A DNA stretch of 64,000 nt from the human T2T-CHM13v2.0 reference genome, Homo sapiens: NCBI RefSeq assembly GCF_009914755.1, contig NC_060935.1; one strand, 5' to 3'. The translations under genes were made by a program, and so were the position numbers. The notes below the pieces were generated by a model. It did no database searches. It was given only the letters and a program-made list of their open reading frames with translations, and was not told where the DNA came from. How positions within the stretch are numbered: the stretch's first letter is position 1; the number at the start of each line of letters is the position of its first letter. Positions 14,336 to 27,826 of the stretch are shown one piece after another.

Positions 14336-16124
14336 CCCATGTAATTTTAAATGTTGATGTTCTGAGCCGACACCTGCTTATGGTTCCTGTCTCTCAGCAA
14401 TGATGCCTCACACACAGCTGGCTCATTTACTCATTCAGAGAATATCTGTGGAATTCCTGCTTCACTAGGCCCTGTGCTAAGCCCTGGGGATGTACCTGAG
14501 AACATGACAGACAGTGCCTGCCCTTATGGGCCTCACAAACCTATAACAAATAATTCTGTAGTCATTTATTAAGGCAGATTACGACAAGACGACAAAGGAG
14601 GTGGGGAGGGTGCTCTCTGGGGTGGTGGAACCTAATCAGGGGTGAGGAGAAAGGAGGGTGTCTCTGAGCAAGTGAAGGTGGGCTATAAAGGGGGTGCAGG
14701 TTTGAACCTGGAGAGTTGGGTGGGAAATATTTCACATAGAGGCCACAGCACATGGAAGGGTCCTGAGGTGGGGCAGAGCAGGTGCTGGTGGAAGACATGA
14801 AGGCAGGCCAATGAGCAGACTTCAGAGTGGTGAGAAGTGAGCCTGTGAGGATGGAGTTTGTGAATTTATTCTAAGACTTGTGGGGAACAGTTGAAGGCAT
14901 CGCAGCAAAGAGTGACATAAGCGTTGTGGGCTATGGACTGTTGGGTTCTAGTTCCAGCATCGTTTCTCATGAGATGTGTTACCTGAGACAAGTTAAACAC
15001 TCTGTACCTCCATTTGCCTTTCTGTAAGCTGGGGCTGGTAATAGCACCTGCCTTCTGGTGGTTGTAAGATCAGACACAGGTGCTTCCAAACAGGTGCTTT
15101 CATGTAGTTTTGAGTGCCATATGAGGTATGAAATAAATGAGGCATTTTAACCCAGTAATCATGAATAAATTTATTTTCTCCAAATGTGATGCACTCCGAT
15201 ATTTTCTATTCCATTTCACTAAAAGTCAAGACCCTCTAAGTTCATTTTTAAAATGCTGAGATAATACATGTCAAGTGCCCGCCTCACAGTTGGCAGTCAG
15301 TAAATGGTGCTATCATGATCATCAAGGTTGTCATTAGAAAGACCATTCTGACTGCAATTAGAGAATGGATCAGTTGAGTTTGACCGATCATTATCTAAAT
15401 CCTGGTGGTGTGGAAGGACATTGGGTCATTCCTGTGTTCATGGTCCAGGGAAGGATTTGCACGCTGGGCTTTCTGACTGCAGAGGGTTGTGTGTAAAAGA
15501 GGCCATCTCTCTTGTTTCCCTGGTAACTAGTTTCTCCTTGTTTTCCAGGCAGTCACATCAGATGGCATGGCTGTTTTCTTTGACTTCTTTGTTACTTACA
15601 CTCAGAATGGCTTTTTCCTGGAAGCCTCAGAGTTATTATAAGCCACCCACTTCTTTATTTTAAGTTGTTGGGCCATGATTCTACTTCCCTTTTCAGAGTC
15701 AAAGGTTGGAGCCCTAGTGGAATTCATTTGCATTTTCCACTAAGTGCAGCATCTTCCTCTACCCACTGCCCCAGCAGGCAGGGCTGTGCCCCATCTCCAT
15801 GCCCTGGCGTGGCAGCTGTGAGGAGAAAGTGAGATGACACATTCTTTTTCTCCTAGAAACACATCTTGGAAGTTTTTGATGAAACTCATATAAGCTGAGT
15901 GTTAGCAAGGCCTGTGATACCTCCCAGTAACCCTGTAACTGCCACCGAATTTCCCGGACCCAGGGCCTGGGCTTTCCAGATAACTGAAGTTAACCCTTTC
16001 AGCACCAAAACTTTTTAAGTTGCTTTTGAAGGGGATTTTTCTTAATGTAAATGGCATTGGTCCTTCCGAAAGAAATATGGACCAAAATTCTAGTTTCTCT
16101 AACTTGGAGACATTGGGCATAGAA

Positions 16125-18285
16125 TATTTCTTTTAATTTTTAATTTTTGTGGGTACTTAGTGTGTATATTTATGGGGTACATGAGATATTTTGGTACAGG
16201 CATGCAATGCATAATAATCACATCAGGGTAAATGGGGTATCCATCACTTCAAGCATTTCTCCTTTCTTTGTGTTACAAACATTCCAATTATACTCTTAGT
16301 TATTTTAAAATATAGTTGACTGTAGTCACCCTATTGTGCTATCACGTACAAGATCTTGTTCATTTTACCTAACTATATTTTTTTACCCATTTAACATCCC
16401 CCCTTCCTCCCACCACAACTACCCCTTCCAAGTCTCTAGTAACCATCATTTTCCTGTCTCCGTGAGTTCAATCATTTTAATTTTTAGCTACCACAAATAA
16501 ATGAGAACATGTGAAGTCTGTTGTTCTGTGGCTGGCTTATTTCACTTAACATAATGATATCCAGTTCCACCCATGTTGTTGCAAATGACAGGATCTCATT
16601 CTTTTTTATGGATGAAGAGTACTCCATTATGTACATGTACCACATTTTCTTCATCCATTCGTCTGTTGATGGACACTTAGATTGCATACAGATTTTGGCT
16701 ATTTTGAATAGTGCTGCAATAAACATGGGAGTGCAGATATCTCCTTTGTATTCTGATTTCCTTTCTTTTGGGTATATACTCAGCAGTGAGATTGCTGAAT
16801 CATATGGTAGCCCTATTTTTTGTTTTTTGAGGAACCTCCAAACTGTTCTCTATAGTGGTTGCACTAATTTACATTCCCACCAACAGTATATGAAGGTTCC
16901 CTTTTCTTCACATCCTCACCGGCATTTGCTATTGCCTGTCTTTTGCATAAAAGCCATTTTAATTAGGGGGAGATAATATCTCATTGTAGTTTTGATTTGC
17001 ATTTCTCTGATGATCAATGATGTATTAGTCCATTTTCACACTGCTGTAAAGAACTACCTGAGACTGGGTAATTTATAAAGCAGAGTTTTAATTGACTCAC
17101 AGTTCCGCATGGCTAGGGAGGCCTCAGGAAACTTACAATCATGGGGGAAGGCAAAGGGAAAGCATAGTGACAGGAGAGAGAGACAGAGAGCAAGGCTGGA
17201 ACTGCCACACACTTTAAAACCATCAGATCTCACGAGAACTCACTCACTTTCATGAGAACAGCATGGAGGAAACTGCCTCCATGATCCAATCACCTCCTAC
17301 CAGGTCCCTCTCCTGACACATGGGGATTATAATTCAACATGAGATTTGGGTGGGGACACAGAGCCAAACCACATCAAATGATGTTGCACATCTTTTCATA
17401 TACCTGTTTGCCATTTGTAGGTCTTCTTTTGAGAAATGTCTATTCAGGTATTTTGGCCATTTTAAAATCAGATTATTATATTTCTTTCCTATAGAGTTGT
17501 TTGAGCTTCTTATATGTTCTGGTTGTTAATCCCTTGTCAGAAGGATAGTTTGCAAATATTTTCTCCCATTCTGTGGGTTGTCTCTTCACCTTGTTGATTG
17601 GTATCTTTTGCTGGGCAGAAGCTTTTTAGCTCAATGTGATCTCATTTGTCCATTTTTGCTTTGGTTTCCTGTGCTTGTGGGGTATTACTCAAGAAATCTT
17701 TGCCCAGTCCAATGTCCTGGAGAGTTTCCCTAATGCTTTCTTTTAGTAGTTTCATAGTATAAGGTCTTAGGTTTAAGTCTTTAACCTATTTTGGTTTGAT
17801 TTTTATATATAAGATAGGGGTCTAGTTTCATTCTTCTGCATATGAATATCCAGTTTTCCCAGCACCATTTATTAAAGAGACTGTCCTTTCCTCAGTGTAT
17901 GTTCTTGGCACCTTTGTCAAAAATTAGTTCACTCTAAATGTATGGATTTGTTTCTAGGTTCTCTATTCTGCTCCACTAATCTGTGTGTCTGTTTTTTATG
18001 CCAGTACTATGCTGTTTTGGTTACTACAGCTCTGTAGTATAATTTGAAGTCAGGTAATGTGATTCCTCCAGTTTTGTTCTTTTTGCTCTGGAGACTTTGG
18101 CAATTCTGGGTCTTTCATGGTTTCATATAAATTTTAGGATGTTTTTTCTATTTCTGTGAAGAATGTCATTAGTATTTTGATTGGAATTGCATTCAATCTG
18201 TAGACTGCTTTAGATAGTATGGACATTTTAACAATATCGATTCTTTCAATCAGTGAACATGGAATGTCTTTCCATTTTTGTGTGT
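16125..18285 (-). mobile_element. L1MA-type LINE-1 fragment (3'UTR plus decayed ORF2 end), interrupted by an LTR
   Basis: Minus-strand ORFs 16484..16726 ([11 protein letters not shown]...[16 protein letters not shown]) and 18134..18355 (KWKDIPCS...[18 protein letters not shown]) are L1 ORF2p remnants. Confidence 0.92.
17021..17376 (-). mobile_element. Solo MaLR LTR (THE1D/MSTA-type)
   Basis: TG...CA termini (tgtattagtcc...ccaaaccacatca) and a 5-bp TSD aatga at 17016-17020 and 17377-17381. Confidence 0.92.
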
Positions 18286-18289
18286 GTGT

Positions 18290-18537
18290 CCTAGAAGAGG
18301 CAATTCGGACATAAAGAGAAACATCAAGGGCATGAGTGCACAGAGGAAAGACCATGTGACGGCATGGCTACAAGGCAGCCATCTGTAAACCAAGGAGAGA
18401 GACCCCAAAGGAAATCAACCCTGCTGACACCTTGATCGTGGACTTCTAGCCTCCAGAACTGTAAGAAAACAAATTTCTGTTGTGTAAGCCATGCAGCCTG
18501 CTGTATTTTGTAATAGCAGTTTGAACGGGCTAATACA
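18290..18537 (+). mobile_element. MLT1 (MaLR) LTR 3' part
   Basis: accctgctgacaccttgatcgtggacttctagcctccagaactgtaaga...ctaataca. Confidence 0.85.
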
Positions 18538-18884
18538 GGGGTAGTACTAATGGAGGCAATAAAAGAAACCATAGGTAGCATTTATCAAGCACTTGCTGTG
18601 TTCAAGGAGTATTCTAAGCCCTACTTGAGTCATCTCATCCAATATCTTGCAAATCCTAAATCACCTGCTCAATGCCCCACAGGAAGTGGTGACACCAGCC
18701 TGACTCGGGTGCCTTTTCTCTCAGCCTCCACTGCACCTGTGTCTAGCACCTATACAGTTCCAGGAACCATGCAAAGTACTTCATAGACAATCTTTCTGGT
18801 CATCACAGCTCTCCAAGGTAACTCTTCCTATTCTCACTTTTCAGATGTAGAAACTGCAGCTCAGAGATGTCCAAGGTCACACTG

Positions 18885-19336
18885 TGAGTTTATTGGTTTC
18901 TTGTGGCTGCTATAACAAATGACCACAGCCTTCATGGCTTCAAACAACAGAAATTTATTCTTTCATGGTTCTGGAGGCCATAAGTGCAGAATTAAGGTGG
19001 GGCAGGGCTGTATTCCCTCTAGGGGGGAATCTGCTTCTTTTCTCTTTCAGCTCCTGGTGGCTGCATTACTCCAGTTCCTGCGTCTGTCTCCATATCACCT
19101 TCTTCTCTATGCGTGTCTGTGTCTTCTCCTCTTCTGTCTCTAGTAACTTCTGCATCCCCTTTATAAGGACACATGTGATTGCGTTTATGGCCCACCTGGA
19201 TAATCTGGGACCAGCTTCTCTTCTCAAAATTCTTATCTGAATTGCATCTTTTGCCATATAAGATAATATTCACAGGTTTTGGTGACAAGTGTATGCATCT
19301 TTGTGGGGGGTGGGGAGATGTTTTTCTGCCTACCAC
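18885..19336 (-). mobile_element. MLT1C-like LTR
   Basis: gctgctataacaaatgaccaca...aaacaacagaaatttattctttcatggttctggaggc...ctgcctaccaca. Confidence 0.85.
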
Positions 19337-19829
19337 AGTGAGTGAATGGCAAAGTGACCACTGATTTTAGGGTTTATCTGCCCCCAGAGCTCTGAGTGAT
19401 ACACATTTGTGGCTGTACATCCTTCAGAGCTATAAGCATTATACTTCTCAACATCTTTTCTGCAATGCTATTTCTAGGCTCTGGTGGGGGTGGGTATTGG
19501 AGTCATAACTAAGAATTTCTGGACCCTTTGATTCAGAAGTTCCATTGCTGAGAAGGCACCTTACAAACATGGTCATGTCATCCCGAAGACCCACAGATTC
19601 GCTCATTCTTTACAGTAACCACAAAAGGGGAAACTCCCTAAATATCTACCCATAGGGGACTGGTTAAATAAAATGTAATATCTCCTAAATGGAATAGTCA
19701 AGCTACCATTAAACATAATAAAGTAGATCAATATGTAGTGATATGGGAAGATGGCCATGACGTGTTATTAGAAGGAAAGAAAAACATTACTCATTCTTAG
19801 GATATTAATAAGAATGTGTGTGTACACAT

Positions 19830-19993
19830 GTGTGCAGCTATTAACAATTAAATAAAATTAAAATTCAGTTCCTCAGTTGCACTAGCCACATTTCAAGTTC
19901 TCAATAGCCATATATGGCTAGTGGCTACCATATTGGACAGCACAAATACGGAACATTTCTGTCATCTTGAAGTTCTACAGGATAGAGCTGCTC
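19830..19993. mobile_element. MER3/MER33-like DNA transposon
   Basis: aaaattcagttcctcagttgcactagccacatttcaag...gtggctaccatattggacagcac. Confidence 0.8.
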
Positions 19994-20159
19994 TATGCTA
20001 AGTGGCTAGAAAGAGGCCTTTCACTATGTTTGTTATAGAGTTATGTGAATGCTTATGTTTGTTATAATAAATGACCAAGTATGCTATTATCAGAAAAATA
20101 GGGGCACATAGAGTTTCCAAGGTAACATTCTATTTCTTAAGTAGGTACTAGTTCATCAT

Positions 20160-20478
20160 TATTTATTTATTAGTTATTTTTTTTAATAGAAACAGGGTTT
20201 TGCTTCGTTGCCTAGGGTGGAGTGCAGTGACATGATCACAGCTCACTGTAACCTTGAACTCCTGGGCCCAAGCGATCATCCTGCCTTAGCCTCCTCAGTA
20301 GCTAAGAATATGGGCAAACACTACCATGCCTGAATAATTTATTTTTATTTTTATTTTTTGTAGAGACAGGGTCTCACTACATTTCCCAGGCTGGTCTCAA
20401 CCTCCTGGGCTCAAGCAGTCCGCCCGCCTCAGCCTCCCAAAGTGCTGGGATTATAGGCGTGGGCCACTATGCCTGGCC
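20160..20478 (-). mobile_element. AluJ
   Basis: Diverged antisense dimeric Alu. Confidence 0.92.
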
Positions 20479-21498
20479 TATTATTATTATTTAAAATGTA
20501 TGTTTGCGTGTGTATAAACTTTTAAAGTATGTTTCATAATGAAAATATTTTGAAATATATAGGAAAAAAGAAAAAAGGAATCTCCTGGCAGGCTCAACAG
20601 TGAGCCAGGCGTGAGTCTGGGACACTTCCGGCCGGGGCTGAAGCCCTGACCTGACAGCTTTCCAAGCTTGGCCAAGTCAGGCGCCTGCTCAGGCCTCAGT
20701 TTCCTAATTTGTGACAGACTGTCTGCTCCATCTGCCTTACAGGACTGAGGTAAGACTTAGAAGCACACCATGTGTAGAAAAACACTTTCAAACTGAGGAA
20801 CTTGCTACACAGAGATGTAGGGTCAGTAAATAAGGTCATGAGTTATTAAAGGGCTAAGGAGGCAAGCCTGGGTGCACTGTGATGGGGATGGCGGCTCAGA
20901 GGACTTGTCTGCTCCTCAGTGGAGTATTTCCAGACGCTACTGCGTCACCAGAAGCAGAGGGAGCTGCTGTTGTATTCCCACTGCTATCATGGCTTGGCAA
21001 TTTAGAAATAACTACGACAACATGATTTTATTTATTGAACGAGCTCTTATGTAGCACTTATTTGCCAGGTACAGTTCTAAGTGCTTGACAAATATTTATC
21101 CATTTAATCCTCCTCCAACCCTCAGGTAGTCACTCAGGGTCATTTCATGTGGGAGGAATTTGAGACTCAGAGAGGTCAAGTAACTTGATCAAGGTCACAC
21201 AGCTCATAGGGAGTGGGTGTCTAAGGCAGCTGTTCTTTCTCCTTTCATCCTTTCTCACCACTCCTCTTGCCCCATCAAATATGGTCATAGAGTTCCTTAT
21301 GCCAGCTTATTTATCTCAGGGGCATGAGATTGAACTTTTGATAGGAAATTTAGTTCCTAACTTAGTGGCTTCAATTCTAGTTTTCTGGCTGAGTTTGGTA
21401 GCATGGAAAAGTGGGAATGGGCTGGAGAATGAGGCACCAGTCAATGATCTGCCACACACTAGCTGTGTGACTTTGGGTAGGTTACCTAACTTCTCTGA

Positions 21499-21812
<314 letters not shown>

Positions 21813-21887
21813 CAACTGGTATTTTGTGAGGGTTGAGTAAGTTTATGTATTGTGACAATGCTTGGCTTCATGTCAGCCAGGCAGCCG

Positions 21888-22192
<305 letters not shown>

Positions 22193-22225
22193 TAGCCAAT
22201 GCCTTCTTAATTCTTTTCCTTCATC

Positions 22226-22520
22226 TTTTTCTTTCTTTTCTTTCTTTTTTTGTTTTTTTTTGAGACGAGTTTCGCTCTTGTTGCCCAGGCTATAGTGCAA
22301 TGGCACGATCTCGGATCACCGCAACCTCTGCCTCTCAGGTTCAAGCGATTCTCCTGCCTCAGCCCCCCGAGTCGCCGGGATTAAAGGCATGCGCCCCCAT
22401 GCCCGGCTCATTTTGTATTTTTAGTAGAGATGGGGTTTCTCCATGTTGGTCAGGCTGGTCTCGAACTCCTGACCTCAGGTGATCCACCCACCTCGGCCTC
22501 CCAAAGTGCTGGGATTCCAG
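22226..22520 (-). mobile_element. AluSp-like, 5'-truncated
   Basis: gagtttcgctcttgttgccc and gggtttctccatgttggtcagg diagnostics. Confidence 0.92.
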
Positions 22521-25444
22521 GCTAAGCAGTGAGCTTAGTCTTGAGGATATAGAGGTGAATAAAGCCCGATGCCTGTCTTCAAGGAATTTGCAGAATGGCC
22601 TAGGTGGGAGCTGGGGAACATGCTCAAACAGGTGTCGGGGAATAGCTCTCACAGTCCTGGCTCTCTTCCTGCCTCGAGCACCTTGGATGTGTTTCTTTGC
22701 TTCTTTGCTATACCTTTGTCATCTGTCAATGGGACCTGGACTGGCCCCACTCCGAGGCCCCATCTGTTCTGTCATTTTCTGACTTGTCAGATATAGGTCA
22801 GGACAGGCCCGCGCCTGCCGGGCCAGCGCTGTAGCAGGTGAACCCAGGGTGTATCAGCGTTTCCCTTTAGGCCACTCTTGTCAATGCTCCCAACGGCCTC
22901 CTCCTTCCTCCCTGTGCTGCTCTGGGGAGGTCTCTTGGCTCTGCCCGGCAGTAGGAACAGTGGAGACAAAGACAGCTTCACATTCTCTTCAGCTGTCAGG
23001 ATTGAGAGTGGCGGATTCGGGAGGAGAAAAATGAGTCAGTGGCAACTCGTTGTGTGTGACTGTGCAGTTTATCTGAGTCCGCGGGAGCCATAGTCGTAGG
23101 CTGAAAATGACCCTTATTTAAGAGAGGCTGAGTGCGTGGTTGTGGCTGCCCAGGCGCTTTGCTGGACTAGGCAGCCTGGGAACACTAACTGAGAAGTGGA
23201 CGGGGACAGGAGCCAGCCTGCGGTCCTCAGTGTCTTACAGTTTCCTGGAGAAGTGGATGTTTCGGCAGGAAGATGGTGGGTAAACACCTGGAACGATCCA
23301 TTCTGCTCACTTTTCTACTTCCCTGTACCAGTGCCATGGAATGAGAGGCAGCTCCATTAACTCGTTTAAGATCCTCATAAAGGGAGTTAATATCCTGTAA
23401 TTACACAGGTGAATTGCATTTAGCAGGTCCATTTGAAGAATGGCAGCGAAATGGATCCTGTCTTAGTAGTGTGACCTTTACTGGGTGAGTTAAATCCCAA
23501 AGCTAGCCAATTTAAGGATATGGAAGGACCTTCTGTGGCTTTATTTCTTCATCACCTCATTTTTTGGTTTGTGTAGATCTTTCCACGTTGCAGTGGCATT
23601 TATGAAGCTGCTGAGGCCTTCTGAAACTTGACAGCCTGTTATGCTTCTTTTGTTAATAAAGTTTAACAAAACTGTTGAACTCATTCTGAGCAGGGGGTGA
23701 AGGGGCAAAGACTGTACAGGAAAACAGGACATAAGTCTGCTTTCCTTAAAAGAAAAAAGTTAAGAGACAGGACAAGCCATTTCTTTTCTGCCTCTTCGTA
23801 TTACAAGTTCCTTGTTGCTATGCCTGTTGCCTGCAGATAGCTGCTAACACCTCCCGTGCCCTCTCGATGGCTTGCCTCCATGCCCATCTGAGTGGCTTAA
23901 CTCACTCTTCTGACCACAACAGCATGTTTGATTTGGAGGTGAGACTTCGGTTCCTCCTTCTTCAAGTGCTAACCAGCTGGAGCTGCAAAAATCTTCTCCC
24001 CTGGCAACCTGAAGGTTGACTTAAGGCTAGAATATCTTTTTCTTGCATCATTAGTTTTTGGGACATAGCAGAGTTAGCTGGTGAGAGAGATGGCAGTGAA
24101 AACACTTCTGGGCTAAACCTACTAAACCGTCAAGTAAAAAGTGACTATGAGATTCGTGGTGTTTCCTTTTGTCCTTCACTCTGCTGAACTCTAATTCTCG
24201 CCTTTTAAGTCATTCATTTAGACTTTAGAGTCACTAAAGAATAAGAGACTGAAATTACAGGTCCAAAGGTGTAAAGGAAAGAAAGAAATTCATCTGAATG
24301 GAAATAGCCAGTCCTTGAGGCCCATGGCTCCGCCATTCTGCCAGCCATGTCACATGATCTCATTTCATCTCTCCAGTCCTGGAAAGTGGGCATTAGTAAC
24401 AGCTGAGGACTTCAGACTCAGTGTGTTCAAAGTCACACAACTTGGGAGTGGCCAAGTTAAGACTCAAACCTGAAGCCACTGCCTTTAACCGCGAAGCCAT
24501 GAAGTCTCCCAGCAACTGCTACAAGGGGACAGTGTCCTTGAACCCAACCCTGCAGGGCGAGTTGGGTTTAAATAAGCAGAGGGAAAAAGGAAGAGAATTC
24601 TGGGCAAGAGGAGTAGTTGGTACGAGCAAAAGTGTGGGGGAAGGACTGTGCATGACATAGAAGAGTGCCTGCTGGTTGCGAGCTCCACGGGGCAGGGCAC
24701 CAGGGCCTCTGGAGCCATCTTATATCTCCCAGTGCCTGAGTGGCTATGCATAGTAGCTGCTCAATAAATATTTATTGCATGAGTGAATACTTGTAAAGAC
24801 TGTTATCTTCTCCATAGGCTGAGTACCCTGAGAGCAGGGATTTGGTCTTAGAAATCTTTGGATGTTCTGCAACTCACAGTGGTTAATAAATAGCAAACAC
24901 TCAGTGAGTGTGTCCTGATGAAATGAGTGAAGGAACAGCAGGTAAGGGAAGGTGAGATGTGCTTGAGTGAAGAGTCACTGATACTTTGAGAAAAACTGAG
25001 CAATATATGCAGACTGGCTTGGTAAGGGCATATCATGGATGGTCATCAATGCCAGGATGAGGAGCTCTTATGTCCTCCTTGAGACATTTTTTAAAAATCC
25101 ATCTCTTACTGCACAACATCGTGGGCCACAGGAACCCAGGCAGTGCTCAAACTGATGGCTGCATATTGGAACCAGAGTCTAGCACAGCTTAGAAATCATT
25201 TTTCTGCAGGACTGGCCTTAGGCTGGCCCCATTGTCACTGTCTTCCCACTTGAGGGTGACCACACTGTTACAACCGAAAAGAGCCCTGTGCAAACTTGTG
25301 AATGGGAACCTGCCAGGGAATAGATGCTATTGCTGGGTCCCGCAGTTGTTTTCGGGGTAGTTAGGCTGGAAAGTCCCAGCCAACTTCCTCTAAGAGGTGT
25401 TCTCAGGCCAGGAGTTCTCAATAAAAGCTTCCCTCTCTTTTCAG

Positions 25445-25569
25445 GTGTTGGCTACGTTTGTGGTTTTAAGAAAGCCTGAGGGCCTGAAGGCAGCCCCTGG
25501 AGAAGCCCTTTCCGAGGGCATTCGGAACCTTCTGGTCCTAGAGGTGAAGCTGAACTGTCACCAGGACTT
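25445..25569 (+). other. PRR5L: PRR5L 5'UTR portion of the first coding exon
   Basis: Lies between the acceptor at 25445 and the ATG at 25570, and contains no internal ATG. Confidence 0.88.
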
Positions 25570-25733
25570 ATGACCCGCGGCTTCGCTCCCATTCTGCCCG
25601 TCGAGTTCCACAAGATGGGCTCCTTCCGCAGGCCTAGACCGCGCTTCATGAGCTCCCCCGTGCTCAGCGACCTTCCCCGATTCCAAGCAACTCGGCAGGC
25701 TCTGCAGCTGAGCTCCAGCTCAGCCTGGAACAG
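25570..25733 (+). CDS. PRR5L: PRR5L (Protor-2) first coding exon, aa 1-55 (MTRGFAPILPVEFHKMGSFRRPRPRFMSSPVLSDLPRFQATRQALQLSSSSAWNS); whole exon 25445-25733
   Basis: Acceptor ctcttttcag|G at 25444/25445. In-frame upstream TGA at 25477-25479. ATG at 25570. Donor CAG|gtgaag at 25733/25734, phase 2. Translation matches the recalled PRR5L N-terminus. Confidence 0.96.
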
Positions 25734-25867
25734 GTGAAGGAGGCTGCAGGATGTGGGGTGGAGGGCTGCCAAGGGCCATGGCAGGGAGGGAGGCATCCGG
25801 GGGCTGACTGAGCTTCTGCTGATTCTGGGAAGGCCGTGATTATGGGGGTAAATAATGACGAGAGCAA

Positions 25868-26180
<313 letters not shown>

Positions 26181-26689
26181 AAGAGAGCAAGTTTTTTTTA
26201 ATATCCAGCGTGTCTGTTAGCTTTCTTTGTTTCAGTAGCCAGAAAATAGACCACTGAGGGCCTCTGGCCTGTTAGAGTCAGTTTACCAGACTGGGACAGT
26301 TGCACTGGAATTTACGGTCACTATTCATGCTCATTAGTCACACCTGAAACTGTCAGCCTATCCGAGAGTGGGCTTCTATAAGAAACCTTAAGTAACCTAC
26401 TTCCCACTTGGGAAGATAAAACATGTCTGTGAAAAATTAAATGATTGGCATAAACCCAAGATTATGAAGACCTGTGAGCCACGGGTGCTTGGAAGAGGAG
26501 GCACAGAGTTTTGTTAGGTGTCTAGCCAACCTTTTGTGCACCAAGAATTGAGCAGACTGAATCAGCACTATGTCTTATATGCTTGTGGGCTACTGTTTTT
26601 CAAATCTTTGCAGACACTGTTTGGAGTAATTAAATGCATCATTATTTTGAAGCATGACTGAATTCTTTGTAGTTTGGATCGTTATGGAT

Positions 26690-27033
<344 letters not shown>

Positions 27034-27745
27034 TGATGATAGGGATGGAGAGAGGGGGCTCCAAAATGTTTTGGTGTTAAATGGATCCCTGTTCTTTAAA
27101 GGAAAGGCCAGGGGCCTTAATATAGACAAGATTGTAAGCAGCTCCTTTGCTGAAACACTGGGCTGTCGTCCCAGAGGCTGTGGAGTAAGCCCTGATATGG
27201 CCTCTCAAGGGACTAACTCTACTGCCGGTACACCTCACACGAGTGGACATGTGAGGAGCCTGTAAGGCTGGCCTGCGAGAAATTCTTCCAAGGAAAGTGC
27301 TGTTAAAAAGGAAAGGACTTACCGGTTCATGTTAGCTCAAGGCCACCAAGCTTCCCTGTGAAGACAGTGGCTGTGAAAGAACCGCAGGCATGGGTCAGCT
27401 TCTGCTTGCAGGAAATGCCATTTGGAATCTCCCAGGTCCATGCAGTTTCCTGCGATCAGATCCCACTGGCTGCCTTTGACTGTGGCTGCACCAGCAGGGC
27501 CGCCAGCGAGGTGAGGGAGGAAGACCTGCTGGCTTGCAAGAAAGCGGGGGCTGCTTTTGAGTCCTTTCGCCTTTGGTCTTCCTTTCTCTCCAAGGACACT
27601 GAGGAAATGGAGGATGGATGGAGAGTGTGGCCAGGTTTGTGCTATGAGCTTCCTGGTCACTCCACACACCTTCAGCCCTGAGCTGCTATTGAAATGGCCC
27701 AAGAAGGGAGATTCTCTAACCAGGGGTTATTCTCTTTTCCTGTAG

Positions 27746-27826
27746 CGTTCAGACTGCTGTGATCAACGTTTTCAAAGGGGGTGGCTTGCAAAGCAACGAG
27801 CTCTATGCCCTGAACGAAAACATCAG
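27746..27826 (+). CDS. PRR5L: PRR5L coding exon 2 (81 nt; VQTAVINVFKGGGLQSNELYALNENIR)
   Basis: ttttcctgtag|C acceptor and CAG|gtatgt donor. Phase 2/2 continues the frame. Matches the recalled PRR5/PRR5L (HbrB-like) domain sequence. Confidence 0.96.

Noticed and set aside
25452-25796. 114-aa antisense ORF over the first coding exon
   Set aside because: Shadow frame of a GC-rich coding exon, with no independent support.
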